Part shown: positions 36,835 through 46,398 of the stretch, piece after piece
Position numbering within the stretch: the stretch's first letter is position 1
Layout of the letters: each line of letters begins with the position of its first letter
From: a virus
Taxonomy: Duplodnaviria > Caudoviricetes
Direction: 5' to 3' (one strand)
IMG/VR virus record: IMGVR_UViG_3300033483_000001
Location: 402 to 64,401 of that record
Length of the DNA stretch: 64,000 nucleotides
Notes under the pieces: model-generated
Told to the model about the DNA's origin: nothing
The model's database searches: none
The model's input: only the letters and a program-made list of their open reading frames with translations
Program-made: the position numbers and the translations under genes

Positions 36835-38085
36835 ATGACGAAAATCACGAACGAGTTGATTTTGCAGGTACGCGCGTACGGTCGCAACTGGGCTGAAGGG
36901 GAGCACGCCGCACTGGTTGACGAGTCCAGCGATCGCAGATTTGGATCGCAGGCAGAAAGCTCACTGTCAGACGGGCTTCGCGCGTCAAGGCTGGTTGCAA
37001 ATCTAGACGAGAGTGCCGTTGACGAGCTCGTATCAATCGCGATCGGCGAGGCGAGAGTCGCGTGGAATCAGTGCGAGGTGAAGTGCAAGCACACCATGGC
37101 GTACGAATCAGGAAGGGTCGACGGACGCGCGGTGGCGCTCGAAGACAACCCGAGTCGAGAAGAGATAGAGAGTTGGTTGACCACTGGCAACGTACTACCA
37201 GACGAAGCGCTAATCAACGCGTGCGAAACGCCTCGCCTGGCCAGCGTCCTCGGGATATCGTCGACTGAGTGCAAGGTGCGAAGTGACGCCTTCTTCGCTG
37301 CGCTCGCAGACTACAATAGAGGTTACCAAGTTGGCGCGCTGGAAGCGATCTCCGACGACTAGTGCCACTTCCGCGCTTCGGCGCGGTCTGCTCACTCCAC
37401 GAGCGAGCAGACCGGACCGAAGCACGACGACGAAAGGGACGACCATGACGACGAAGATTACGACAGAGCAAATGGAATCAGCGGCTAGGATCATTGCCGC
37501 GAGTAGGTCAGAGGACACTGACACCCGCGCGTCCGCGCGGGCGGAATACGCTGCCCACATCGCCGCCGGACATGCGGCCGGCTGCCCGGCGCTAGACGGC
37601 GGACCGTGCAGCGCGGAGTGCAGCGCCGCGAAGCTGCGCAAGCTCGCGGACTGGGACCGCGACCGCGATCTCGGCGAGGCCGTGCTGGCGGAGTGGACTG
37701 CCGATGTCTACCCGCACAGGACCACGAGCGTCGGAGAGCTGGCGGCGAATCAGATCGCATTGCCGGCGGGCTACCTCGCGACGTCCCCGGCGTGGCGCAT
37801 ATACACCTTTTCCCCGAGGGGGCTGTAGACACGACAAGCCTCACCCGAGCGGCGGGCAGACCGGACCGAATCACGGAGGAGACGACGATGACCAAGACGA
37901 CGACAGCATACGCGGTGATCAGGCACTACACGAGCGCACAGGAAGTGGCCGGCGCATACTCCACGCGCGAAGCGGCGGAGGAATTGGCAGACTATCTTGA
38001 GCGAGACGGCGCGTACTGGGCCGAGGTGATCGAGTACGACACGCGCGATGCCGACCAGGTGTCTACGTACGGGATCCCTGGCTAG
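36835..38085 (+). CDS. three early genes, each with GA-rich RBS
   Basis: 36835-37362, 37445-37828, 37888-38085; all start MT. Confidence 0.65.
37371..37421 (+). repeat. early intergenic double-hairpin element, copy 2
   Basis: CCGCGC-TTCG-GCGCGG, CGGTCTGCTC/GAGCAGACCG stem, then GACCGAA. Confidence 0.8.
37846..37870 (+). repeat. early intergenic element, copy 3 (partial)
   Basis: CCCG-AGCGG-CGGG then CAGACCGGACCGAA. Confidence 0.6.
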
Positions 38086-38091
38086 CCAACC

Positions 38092-38148
38092 CCGCGCTTC
38101 GGCGCGGTCGAGACCGGACCACAGCTGTCCGATTTCGACCGGACCGAA
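38092..38148 (+). repeat. early intergenic double-hairpin element, copy 4
   Basis: CCGCGC-TTCG-GCGCGG, CGGTCGA...CGGAC/GTCCG...TCGACCG, then GACCGAA. Confidence 0.8.
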
Positions 38149-38170
38149 TCGACGAAGAAAGGACGACGAA

Positions 38171-38413
38171 ATGGAAGCAATGCTTGGCACGATCGCTAGA
38201 TACTCGATCTGGCTGCTCGCCGCGACGGCGGTGGCTTGCGACCCACAGCCGCCAGAGCCAGAATGCACGGCATGGCGTCGCTCGGACGACGGGAAGTACA
38301 CGTGCACCTCGACGGACCCGAGGCCGTGCGCGGAATGGGGCTATCGCGCAGAGATCACCGACGCTGGCGTGGCGATCGTCTCGGTACCATGCGTTCGACG
38401 TGAGGGCGAGTGA
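38171..38413 (+). CDS. putative small lipoprotein
   Basis: IARYSIWLLAATAVA-C signal with imperfect lipobox; four further Cys. Confidence 0.5.
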   Translation: MEAMLGTIARYSIWLLAATAVACDPQPPEPECTAWRRSDDGKYTCTSTDPRPCAEWGYRAEITDAGVAIVSVPCVRREGE

Positions 38414-40925
38414 TGAGATACGAAATTTCGACGACCAAAGGTCGCGTGACGGCTCACTCAAGCGGGCTACGCAGCGCACTCGTCAGAGCAGCCCACATTT
38501 TCGGTGTCGAGACGCCTGGCGGAGCGACGACGGACGGCATCCTCGCAGCGCTGGTAGCGCGAGTGTCAGCAGTGACGATCGTGGTATCGGCCGATGAAGA
38601 AATTGTCATTGACAAAACCGAAGTGACCGCAATGCCGACCCCTACCCCGGAGGTTGTGTGATGGCGCTAACACAAGATCAGATAGAAAGGATGGCGGCTG
38701 TTAAGGCGCAGATCGCAGCCGGACGGACTGGGTACTTGGCCGCCATGATCGGAGCAAACGGGAATGCGGAGCACCGAAGGCTTGCGCACGATGCAGATTC
38801 AGAGATTCGATCACTGCACGCTGAAATCCGCAGGCTTGAAAATGAGCTCTCAATGGCCATGGCGCGGATGGCAGCAAGGAAGGGTTGATGAGATGACATT
38901 CGACGAGCACCTTTGCGACGAAGTTACAGTTGACCTTACGGAGAGAGGACGGTAGCCATGAGCACCGCCAAGCTCTGCGACCTGTGCCAATCAGACGAGA
39001 ACGGAGGAGGTCCTCTAGCTGCAGTGTCGTGCCACCTGCTTACGATTATGGCAGACGGCAGAATCCTCAATGGACCAGTCAATTATAGTCTGTGCGCCGA
39101 GTGCTTCGACGAGGCGAATGATCACGGCGAAGTGCCACGCGAGTCGCCTGTGGAGGTGCTCTGATGTCGATCTGTTTAGTCGGTAAATACCGGATCAAGC
39201 TCGTCGATGAAAAGTGGAAAGTCATCCATCGTCCTGACTACACCGTAGTCTACGAATGCGACGACGGAGCCGAGGCTGTCAGATGGGCAATCGAGCAGGC
39301 CGGCCTGAAGGCCAGGAATGAGCTAGCCACATGCAAATAGCAGCCTGCAGATGCGACGACGAGAACGGGTGCTACGACTGCGGGCGCACCGGGAGCCAGC
39401 GACGGTGCGATACGTGCGGTGACTACTTCCCGTGCGAACGAGTGCCGATTCGCGAGGACTTTGAGAAACCGTGGTCATGCGCAGGATGCTGGCGCACGTG
39501 CCATGAGTGTGGAAGAGCGGTGTCATACGATGCCATCAGGTGGCTCGACGAGCAACCACGGCTAGGCAGAACTGCGATGCATGTGAGGCTGTGCGCCCGT
39601 TGCAAAGACACGCTCGAACAGGACGGGATGCTACATTCGTACGAGCAGCTCGGTGGAAAGTGACATGGGAATACCTTGGAACAACGCCGCCGAATACGAG
39701 GCTCTTCACGACCTCGTCGACGGAAGAATAGATCCATTTGGAGTTTCAACACAAGCATGCCCTCATGGAGCAACGGAATGCGATAACATGATCCGAGTCT
39801 ATGGCAGATATCCAGATGCATGTCCTCGCTTCGGAGGAGCAAAGCAGACGGCGCATGCTGGATACACCCAAATCCTGTGCAAGGGAGACAGGTACTTCGA
39901 GGTGGCAGGAGAGCCTCTGCCAACCAGGCACGGAACTTCTTGGAAGAAGGGAAAGTGACATGGCCACGGCATATGCTAGTATCCGAGACCGACGGACAGG
40001 AACAGAACGCTCTGTTGTTGTGACGGGCGACCGCATGCTAATCACCGACGACGTGAAGCGAGAACTCTCAAGGAGATGCTACGGCGATGCCCGCTGGGTG
40101 CTCGTTAGCGTGCTCTTCCCAGGCACGGCCGAGGTGTCCAAGTGAAGGTCACGGTCAAGCTTGCGCGCGGCGATGAGAGTACCGAGACGACTGTCGAGAC
40201 GCCAAACGGTCTTATCCCCGGCGTGCAGTCCATGCAGCTGGTGCTATGCCTGCTCGGCTGGCACGGTTGGAAATTTGTGTCATGGGACTACGCCGAAACT
40301 GAAACGAAAGGATACGAGACGACATGAAACACGAATTCGACGGGAAGGGGACGCCTGGTAACGGTGGCGTAAGAGCACCGTTCGCTACGTTCTCCGTGGG
40401 CTGCTGCGAATTGGTGCCGCGTGCCTCTGGGAAAGGCACAAAGTTTGGCAAGGCCAAGGTGCGAGTGACCGGTCCAGCGTCGCGTACGCTCGACGTCTAC
40501 CGGAAGGCGAGCGAGATCTGCGCGCAACTCAACGCCGGCACATACACAGGGCCGAAGAATGTGAGGGTGAAGTGACGACAACATTCACGCCCGAGGAGAT
40601 GGCCAAGCTGCCGAAGTGGGCACGCGAGAAGGTGGAGAGCATCCAGCGCCAGAGAGACGGGGCAATCAACCTGGCCACCGTGCGAGCTGGTGAACCGACT
40701 GGGATCAAGCTTGGCTATGCGCACGGCGATGATGTGCAGGTGTACATTCCCGATGACGGACGCGGGATCAAGTTCAGTTGCCCAACCAAGCACGACAGAG
40801 ACGGGTTCGTTGAGGTGAACAGATGCGTTGACGGAATCCGCGTGTCGTCTAATTCGACAATCGCGGTTGAGCCTTGTGCATCCAACGTGGTCAATGTTGT
40901 CTGCGCGGAGTGGGTGCGACGATGA
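38410..40925 (+). CDS. cluster of small hypothetical genes
   Basis: coupled ORFs 38410-38661, 38658-38888, 38958-39164, 39164-39340, 39331-39663, 39665-39958, 39960-40145, 40142-40327, 40324-40575, 40572-40925. Confidence 0.55.
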
Positions 40926-41794
40926 AAACGCTTCTTGCTGGAATCCACCGAGGCATCTCTCACGACGACTACCACGCTGACCCGTGCGAGGAGCCGTCGC
41001 TGTCGAGCCACATGGCCGGCGTTCTACTTGGCAAGTCTCCACAGCACGCGTGGCGAGCCCATCCGCGCCTTGGCAACATGGCCAAAAGCAATCACAGCGA
41101 CACTATGGACTCCGGGTCTGTGCTCCACAAACTGGTCTATGGCGTTGGGCCGGAAATCGTCGTGGTAGATGCAGAGGATTGGAGGACGAAGGCGGCGCAG
41201 ACGGCGCGCAAGGAGGCGCGCGAGCAAGGTGCAATCGCGATGCTTTCCCACAAGATGCGCGAAGCCAAGGAGGAAGCCGCCGTCATAATCGACGGATTCC
41301 CGGTGCCGATCAACGAGTGCTACGTCGAGCTTACCGTCGTCTGGTTCGACGCTGAACTCAACATCTGGTGCCGCGCGCGCATCGATTCCTGGCACGCGCA
41401 GACCGCGACGATCTACGACTTGAAAACCTGCGAGAACTTGGTTGCAGCAGCAAGTGGGGCACAGTGCATCCGTTTTGGCTACGATATCCAGGCAGCTGCA
41501 TACATCGAAGGCATGGAAACGTGCTTGCCAGATCTTGCCGGCCTAGTACAATTCAAGTTCCACTTCGTAGAGCCTGGAATCAAGCCGTGCACACCTGAAC
41601 TTTCGGGGGAGCTGCTGGAACTTGGACGCCGCAAGTGGAATCGCGCGAAAGCGATCTGGGCGCAATGCCTGGCGACGAACAACTGGCAAGGCCCGCAGAT
41701 CACGCGCATCGAGGCCCCGCCGTGGGCGATGGCGCAAGACATGGAACAACAACTCAAGGCAATCGAAGGAGGTTCGGATGGCATCGGGTTCTAG
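40922..41794 (+). CDS. PD-(D/E)XK exonuclease (RecE/ExoVIII, DUF3799-like)
   Basis: DDYHAD, CRARIDSW...IYDLKT and GYDIQAAAY motifs. Confidence 0.85.
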   Translation: MKTLLAGIHRGISHDDYHADPCEEPSLSSHMAGVLLGKSPQHAWRAHPRLGNMAKSNHSDTMDSGSVLHKLVYGVGPEIVVVDAEDWRTKAAQTARKEAREQGAIAMLSHKMREAKEEAAVIIDGFPVPINECYVELTVVWFDAELNIWCRARIDSWHAQTATIYDLKTCENLVAAASGAQCIRFGYDIQAAAYIEGMETCLPDLAGLVQFKFHFVEPGIKPCTPELSGELLELGRRKWNRAKAIWAQCLATNNWQGPQITRIEAPPWAMAQDMEQQLKAIEGGSDGIGF

Positions 41795-42752
41795 GACGTT
41801 CGAGGACACTCAGGCCACGCGGCAGCGCGTTCCTGTGCTGGTCGGTCTCACGGGTTCAAGCGGTAGCGGGAAGACGTTCTCTGCTCTCCGACTGGCTACC
41901 GGAATCCAGCGAGTCACCGGAGGCGACATCGGGTACATCGACACGGAGGCGCGTAGGTCGCTTCACTACGCCGACCGGTTCAAGTTCCGCCACCTGGAAT
42001 TCAAGGCACCATTCGGCCCGTTGGACTACCTGGCAGCGATCCAACACTTCGCTAGCAAGGGCGTGCGCACGATCGTCGTCGATTCTGCAAGCCACGAACA
42101 CGAAGGAGCCGGCGGTGTGCTTGAGATGCACGAGCAGGAAACCGACCGCCTGGCCAAGGCGTGGAACCAATCGCGCGAGAAGGTGCAGTTGACCGCGTGG
42201 GCGGCGCCCAAGGCGCAGCGCCGGAAACTCATCAACTCGATCTTACAGATGGACGTCAACGCGATCTTCTGCTTCCGCGCGAAGGAGAAGATCAAGGTGG
42301 TGCCTGGGAAGAACCCGGTACAGCTCGGGTGGATGCCGATCGCTGGCGAGGAGTGGATCTACGAGATGACGGTCAATTGCCTGCTTTACCCAGCAGGTGG
42401 CGGCGTACCTGTGTGGAAGACTGAAGAGCCCGGCGAGCGCCAGATGCTCAAGTTGCCGGCGCAATTCGAATCCATCTTTTCCAAGGCACAACCGCTGTCA
42501 GAGGACATCGGCGAATCGTTGGCCAAGTGGGCGGCCGGCGACTCCGCAGCGGCTCAAGCCGCGAAGCCGATCGCAAACAAGCTCGTTGCCCGCCTGGTTG
42601 AGCTCGCGGTTGGCGTCGCCCCTGCCGAAGCCGAAGCTCGAATTCTCGCACGCAAGCTAACCGACGCCGGGCTTACCAGCGCAGGGAAGGCTATCATCGG
42701 TGGTGCCAAGTTCGACGAGGAATTCCCGCCACTGCCGGACCAGCAAAAGTGA
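41778..42752 (+). CDS. P-loop ATPase, Sak4/AAA_24-like recombinase
   Basis: GSSGSGKT Walker A, IGYIDTE and IVVDSASHEHEGAGG motifs; follows exonuclease. Confidence 0.85.
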   Translation: MASGSRTFEDTQATRQRVPVLVGLTGSSGSGKTFSALRLATGIQRVTGGDIGYIDTEARRSLHYADRFKFRHLEFKAPFGPLDYLAAIQHFASKGVRTIVVDSASHEHEGAGGVLEMHEQETDRLAKAWNQSREKVQLTAWAAPKAQRRKLINSILQMDVNAIFCFRAKEKIKVVPGKNPVQLGWMPIAGEEWIYEMTVNCLLYPAGGGVPVWKTEEPGERQMLKLPAQFESIFSKAQPLSEDIGESLAKWAAGDSAAAQAAKPIANKLVARLVELAVGVAPAEAEARILARKLTDAGLTSAGKAIIGGAKFDEEFPPLPDQQK

Positions 42753-42757
42753 TTCAC

Positions 42758-42822
42758 GCCGCCCGCTCCGCCGTCGCCGCTGTCGTCGCGGTGGGGCTCG
42801 TCCCCCCAACGGAGCGGGCGGC
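42758..42822 (+). ncRNA. candidate structured cis element (three-way junction)
   Basis: 13 bp perfect stem GCCGCCCGCTCCG/CGGAGCGGGCGGC enclosing two small hairpins. Confidence 0.4.
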
Positions 42823-42858
42823 ACTTCTCGAAGAACAATCAACAACGAAAGGGACAAA

Positions 42859-43194
42859 GTGAAGAACACGAAGAAGAAGACCGAGAAGAATTTCGATCCG
42901 AAGCCTGGTACATTCGTCATCGTTCGATGCCGAGACGCTGGTGTGCATGCCGGAGAATTCGTGGCGCATCCTTCCGACCGCACCGTCGTGCTCAAGAACA
43001 GCCGGCGTCTGTGGTACTGGTCGGGAGCCGCGTCGCTGTCTGAGCTTGCCGTGTATGGAGCTAAGAACGCCAGCGCGTGCAAGTTCGGCGTGCTGCAAGT
43101 CGAACCGATCCAGCTGCTCGACGCCTGCGAGATCATCGTATGCCAGCAGGCCGGAAAGACGATGGTGGTATCGTGCCCGGAATGGCGTGCGTAG
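42859..43194 (+). CDS. conserved phage hypothetical protein (DUF6948-like)
   Basis: VIVRCRDAGVHAG and SRRLWYWSGAASLSELA motifs. Confidence 0.75.
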   Translation: MKNTKKKTEKNFDPKPGTFVIVRCRDAGVHAGEFVAHPSDRTVVLKNSRRLWYWSGAASLSELAVYGAKNASACKFGVLQVEPIQLLDACEIIVCQQAGKTMVVSCPEWRA

Positions 43195-43403
43195 TCTATC
43201 GGCCGTCTGGTAGATCCGTTGTGCAATCAGGCTCCGGCTCCGGCTCCGGAACCGGCGCCGGCGACGGCTCCGGCTCCGGCTCCGGCTCCGGAACCGGCGC
43301 CGGCTACGGCTCCGGCTCCTGCGACGGCGACGGCGACTGCTACGGCTACGGCTCCGGCTCCGGCTACGGCGACGGCTACGGCGACGGCTACGGCTACGGC
43401 TAA
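43182..43403 (+). CDS. Gly-rich (GS/GD/GY) repeat protein
   Basis: about 55 aa of alternating Gly; GGCTCC/GGCTAC/GGCGAC hexamer array. Confidence 0.65.
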   Translation: MACVVYRPSGRSVVQSGSGSGSGTGAGDGSGSGSGSGTGAGYGSGSCDGDGDCYGYGSGSGYGDGYGDGYGYG

Positions 43404-43574
43404 CAGATAACAGGGGTTCCCAGCGTAATCTCATGAAACGCTGGCGCGTGGCCAAGCATCCCCACACACAGTTTGCCAGCTTGGACTTCATCACACGCGG
43501 GGGCGATTGGATTGCGACTGTTGCAAACTAGCAGTCGTCCGAGGTTCGATTCTTCGGCGCCCCGCGGAGGTATC

Positions 43575-43898
43575 ATGCAGAGCAGACTCTATTGGTTTTC
43601 GCACAGACTCACGGACGCCGACCCAGAGGTACAGTCCGCGAACCTGGCCCGCGCCCGGATGCGGATGGCGTACCTGGCGCCATCATTCCGCGCCCGCGGC
43701 ATCGTCCTGTCCGCCCCGTGGATCGACTGGGCAGAGGCAGGCATTACTGAGGCAGAGGCGTGGCGGCGAATCGAGACGATGCTTCCGTGGCACGACGGGA
43801 TCGCTCTGGACTGCGACGGCGCGGACATGTCGCCTGGGATGGGCCGCGAAATGGGTATCATGGCGCTTCTAGGATTGCCTGCGGAGGTGGTGCGGTGA
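43575..43898 (+). CDS. nucleoside 2-deoxyribosyltransferase-like (DUF4406/DUF1937-type) protein
   Basis: LYWFSH, LSAPW, DGIAL and SPGMGREM pattern. Confidence 0.5.
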   Translation: MQSRLYWFSHRLTDADPEVQSANLARARMRMAYLAPSFRARGIVLSAPWIDWAEAGITEAEAWRRIETMLPWHDGIALDCDGADMSPGMGREMGIMALLGLPAEVVR

Positions 43899-44650
43899 GT
43901 GGTAGTGGGGTTGCTCGAGGAAGCGGCTGGGAGTTGCGCCTCGGCGATTGCCGAGACCAAGAAACAGGCCTTCTGTCACTCGGCACCATGTCCGTTGACC
44001 ACATCGTCACCGATCCTCCGTACAGTGCGAGGACACATGAAGGGCAGCGATATGGGCGGAGAGACTCCGCTTATTATGACGGATGGGTGAACACAACAGG
44101 ATTGAAGTACGACGGGCTCACCGTCGACGACGTCTCGCGCATGTCGAAACTGTTCTCCTCTGTCCGTCGCAAGTGGGCGCTCATCATGACTGACCACGTC
44201 CTATTCCCGTCTTGGGAGGCGTCGCTAGATGGCTACACGTTTGCCCCAGTTCCTATTGTTCTCGAGGGAATGACTGTCAGGCTCGCAGGCGATGGTCCAA
44301 GTTCGTGGACGATCTGGATGTGTGTAAACAGGGCCACAGGCATCAAGGACGGAACCAAGCCTGGAGCATACGTAGGGAGTCCTGGCGCTGGGCCAGACCG
44401 GGCCTCAAACCCGGTGAAAGGTCACAAGCCGGAATGGCTCATGGAGCGTCTGATCCTGGACTACACGGCTAAGGGGGATCTTGTATGCGATCCGTGCGCT
44501 GGTAGCGGAACGACCGGGGTCGCCTCCATCAAGCGTGGTAGGAGATTCATCGGGTGGGAGAAAGACGAAAAGACGTTCGCGTATGCGGCCAAGCGCCTTG
44601 TTCGCGCCAGGGAGCAAACAGGGTTCCCATTTGCAGAGGATGCGACGTGA
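43895..44650 (+). CDS. DNA N6A/N4C methyltransferase, beta class
   Basis: VDHIVTDPPY (motif IV), HKPEWL and VCDPCAGSGTTG (motif I) in beta order. Confidence 0.9.
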   Translation: MSGSGVARGSGWELRLGDCRDQETGLLSLGTMSVDHIVTDPPYSARTHEGQRYGRRDSAYYDGWVNTTGLKYDGLTVDDVSRMSKLFSSVRRKWALIMTDHVLFPSWEASLDGYTFAPVPIVLEGMTVRLAGDGPSSWTIWMCVNRATGIKDGTKPGAYVGSPGAGPDRASNPVKGHKPEWLMERLILDYTAKGDLVCDPCAGSGTTGVASIKRGRRFIGWEKDEKTFAYAAKRLVRAREQTGFPFAEDAT

Positions 44651-45578
44651 CCGACGTCTCCCACCGCACGACCTGCCCCATCGGACGCAAGCAAAGCGAG
44701 CCGTGCCAGTGCAAGCCACGTCAGGCAGTAGTCGATCCGTGCAACGCATGCATCGACCAGTGGCAGGAACGCGCTGCCCTCATCGCCGACGGCTGCAGGC
44801 TAACGCAACCGCAGGCCGAGGCTCTGGCGACGCAGCAACTGCGCGAGGCTGTGGCGAAGGCGGAACACGCGCAGGGGAGTCTATTCTAATGAGTGGAGCA
44901 GAGTGCATCGCTCGCAACCTTGGCAAAGAATTCTTGCTCAACGTGGCCGACAACATCGAGGTATGCTCTGGCGGATTCGGGTTAATGTTAACCGTGCGAG
45001 CTACGGGTGATCAGCTCTGCATCTACTATTTCGGATTGGATCAATTCTCGTTCAATGGCCGCGCGCTCTACGGCTTCCAGCTTCGACGCGCCGTCGAGGA
45101 TGCGATCGGCCCATACGACGATATCCACCACGAGGTGGAGGAGATCTTCCGCGAGGCACAGGAGGCGGCACGGCTCGAAAGCAACTGGGCGTGGCTGTCG
45201 CAACGGATCGGGTGGGCGCACAAGGGACGTAGGGAATTCACCGAGGCGGAGCGCAGCGCGAACGAGGACAAGCCGTGCGCGTGCGGGTGCGGCCGAAAGC
45301 TGGGGCGTGTCTCGAATCCGTCACGCCGTCGGTACGCCACCACGGAGTGCATGCGCCGAGCGGACAAGGCACAGCGCAAGTCCCGCCGGTCTGCTGCGCG
45401 CCATGCCGCCAAAGACAAGCCGTGCGCGTGCGGGTGCGGGCAAGCAATCCCGCGCGTCGGCCTATGGACCAGGCGGAAGTTCGTCGACGACAGCCACAAG
45501 CGCCGGGCGTTCTACGCCGCCAACAAGTCGGACTATCACCGTCGGTACGTTGAGAGGGCAGATCGTGCCAAGGCGTGA
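44647..45578 (+). CDS. two hypothetical genes; second with duplicated CACGCG motif
   Basis: 44647-44889 and 44889-45578; DKPCACGCG occurs twice. Confidence 0.6.
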
Positions 45579-45585
45579 CCGGTCA

Positions 45586-46398
45586 ATGCCGGCGGCCGAG
45601 CGCCGAGCCCTGGGCGCACACTACACGCCGCCCGAGCTGGCTCGACAGATCGTGGCACGCGCGATCGAGCCACACCTGCTGTCGTCCGCATCAGTCGCCT
45701 CGATGCGCATCTGCGACCCGGCCATGGGTGACGGTGTCTTCCTCGTCGAGGCGCTGCGTTTTCTGGCCCCCATGCTCGCCGAGGCTGGCGGGATCACGGT
45801 GCTGGAGGCTAAGCAGACGATCGCGAACGCCGTGCTTTTCGGGGTCGACCGGGACCCAGGCGCAGTAGAGGCGGCACTCGATGCCCTGTCCGCCGAGTGC
45901 GAGACGCGGGCCAACCAGGACCACTTCGCCGTAGGTGACGCCCTTGTCGGCCCGTCGGCGAACGACCTGCCCCACGGCGAGCTTTTCGGCCCAGACTGGA
46001 CCCTAGGTGGGACGGTCACTCCGCACGACTGGCGAAAGTGGCCGCAAATCACGTGTTGGGTTGGCAACCCGCCTTTTCTAGGCGGAGGCAAGATTTCAAG
46101 CACGCTGGGAGTGGAGTACAAGGATCATCTGCGCTCAATCCACGAAATCGGCTACCACGGCAACGCTGACCTATGCGCGCACTTCCTCCGCCGATGCGCT
46201 GGACTTAGCTGCCACAGCATGACCACCATGGGATTCATCTGCACCAACACTATATCCCAGGGGGACACTAGAACTACAGGACTGCAATACTTGGTCAACT
46301 TCGGATGGACTATCTACGATGCTACTCGATCGACGAAGTGGCCAGGAGACGCAAAAGTTTCAGTGTCAATCGTCCACCTAGTCAAAGAATGGGAATAG
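45586..46398 (+). CDS. DNA N6-adenine methyltransferase, Eco57I/type IIG-like catalytic core
   Basis: GAHYTP, ICDPAMGDGVFL, LFGVD, VGNPPF and ADLCAHF motifs; ends at VSVSIVHL. Confidence 0.85.
   Translation: MPAAERRALGAHYTPPELARQIVARAIEPHLLSSASVASMRICDPAMGDGVFLVEALRFLAPMLAEAGGITVLEAKQTIANAVLFGVDRDPGAVEAALDALSAECETRANQDHFAVGDALVGPSANDLPHGELFGPDWTLGGTVTPHDWRKWPQITCWVGNPPFLGGGKISSTLGVEYKDHLRSIHEIGYHGNADLCAHFLRRCAGLSCHSMTTMGFICTNTISQGDTRTTGLQYLVNFGWTIYDATRSTKWPGDAKVSVSIVHLVKEWE

Noticed and set aside
34458-38148. Early repeated elements as a CRISPR or mini-CRISPR array
   Set aside because: Spacing is hundreds to thousands of bp with whole genes in between, and repeats are not uniform; no cas genes.
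42754-43494. 246 aa Arg/Ser-rich minus-strand ORF resembling an SR or protamine-like protein
   Set aside because: Antisense reading of the Gly-repeat hexamers.
45007-45585. N-terminal extension making the methyltransferase 463 aa
   Set aside because: Overlaps the 44889-45578 gene in another frame and is low-complexity; ATG 45586 precedes the first motif.
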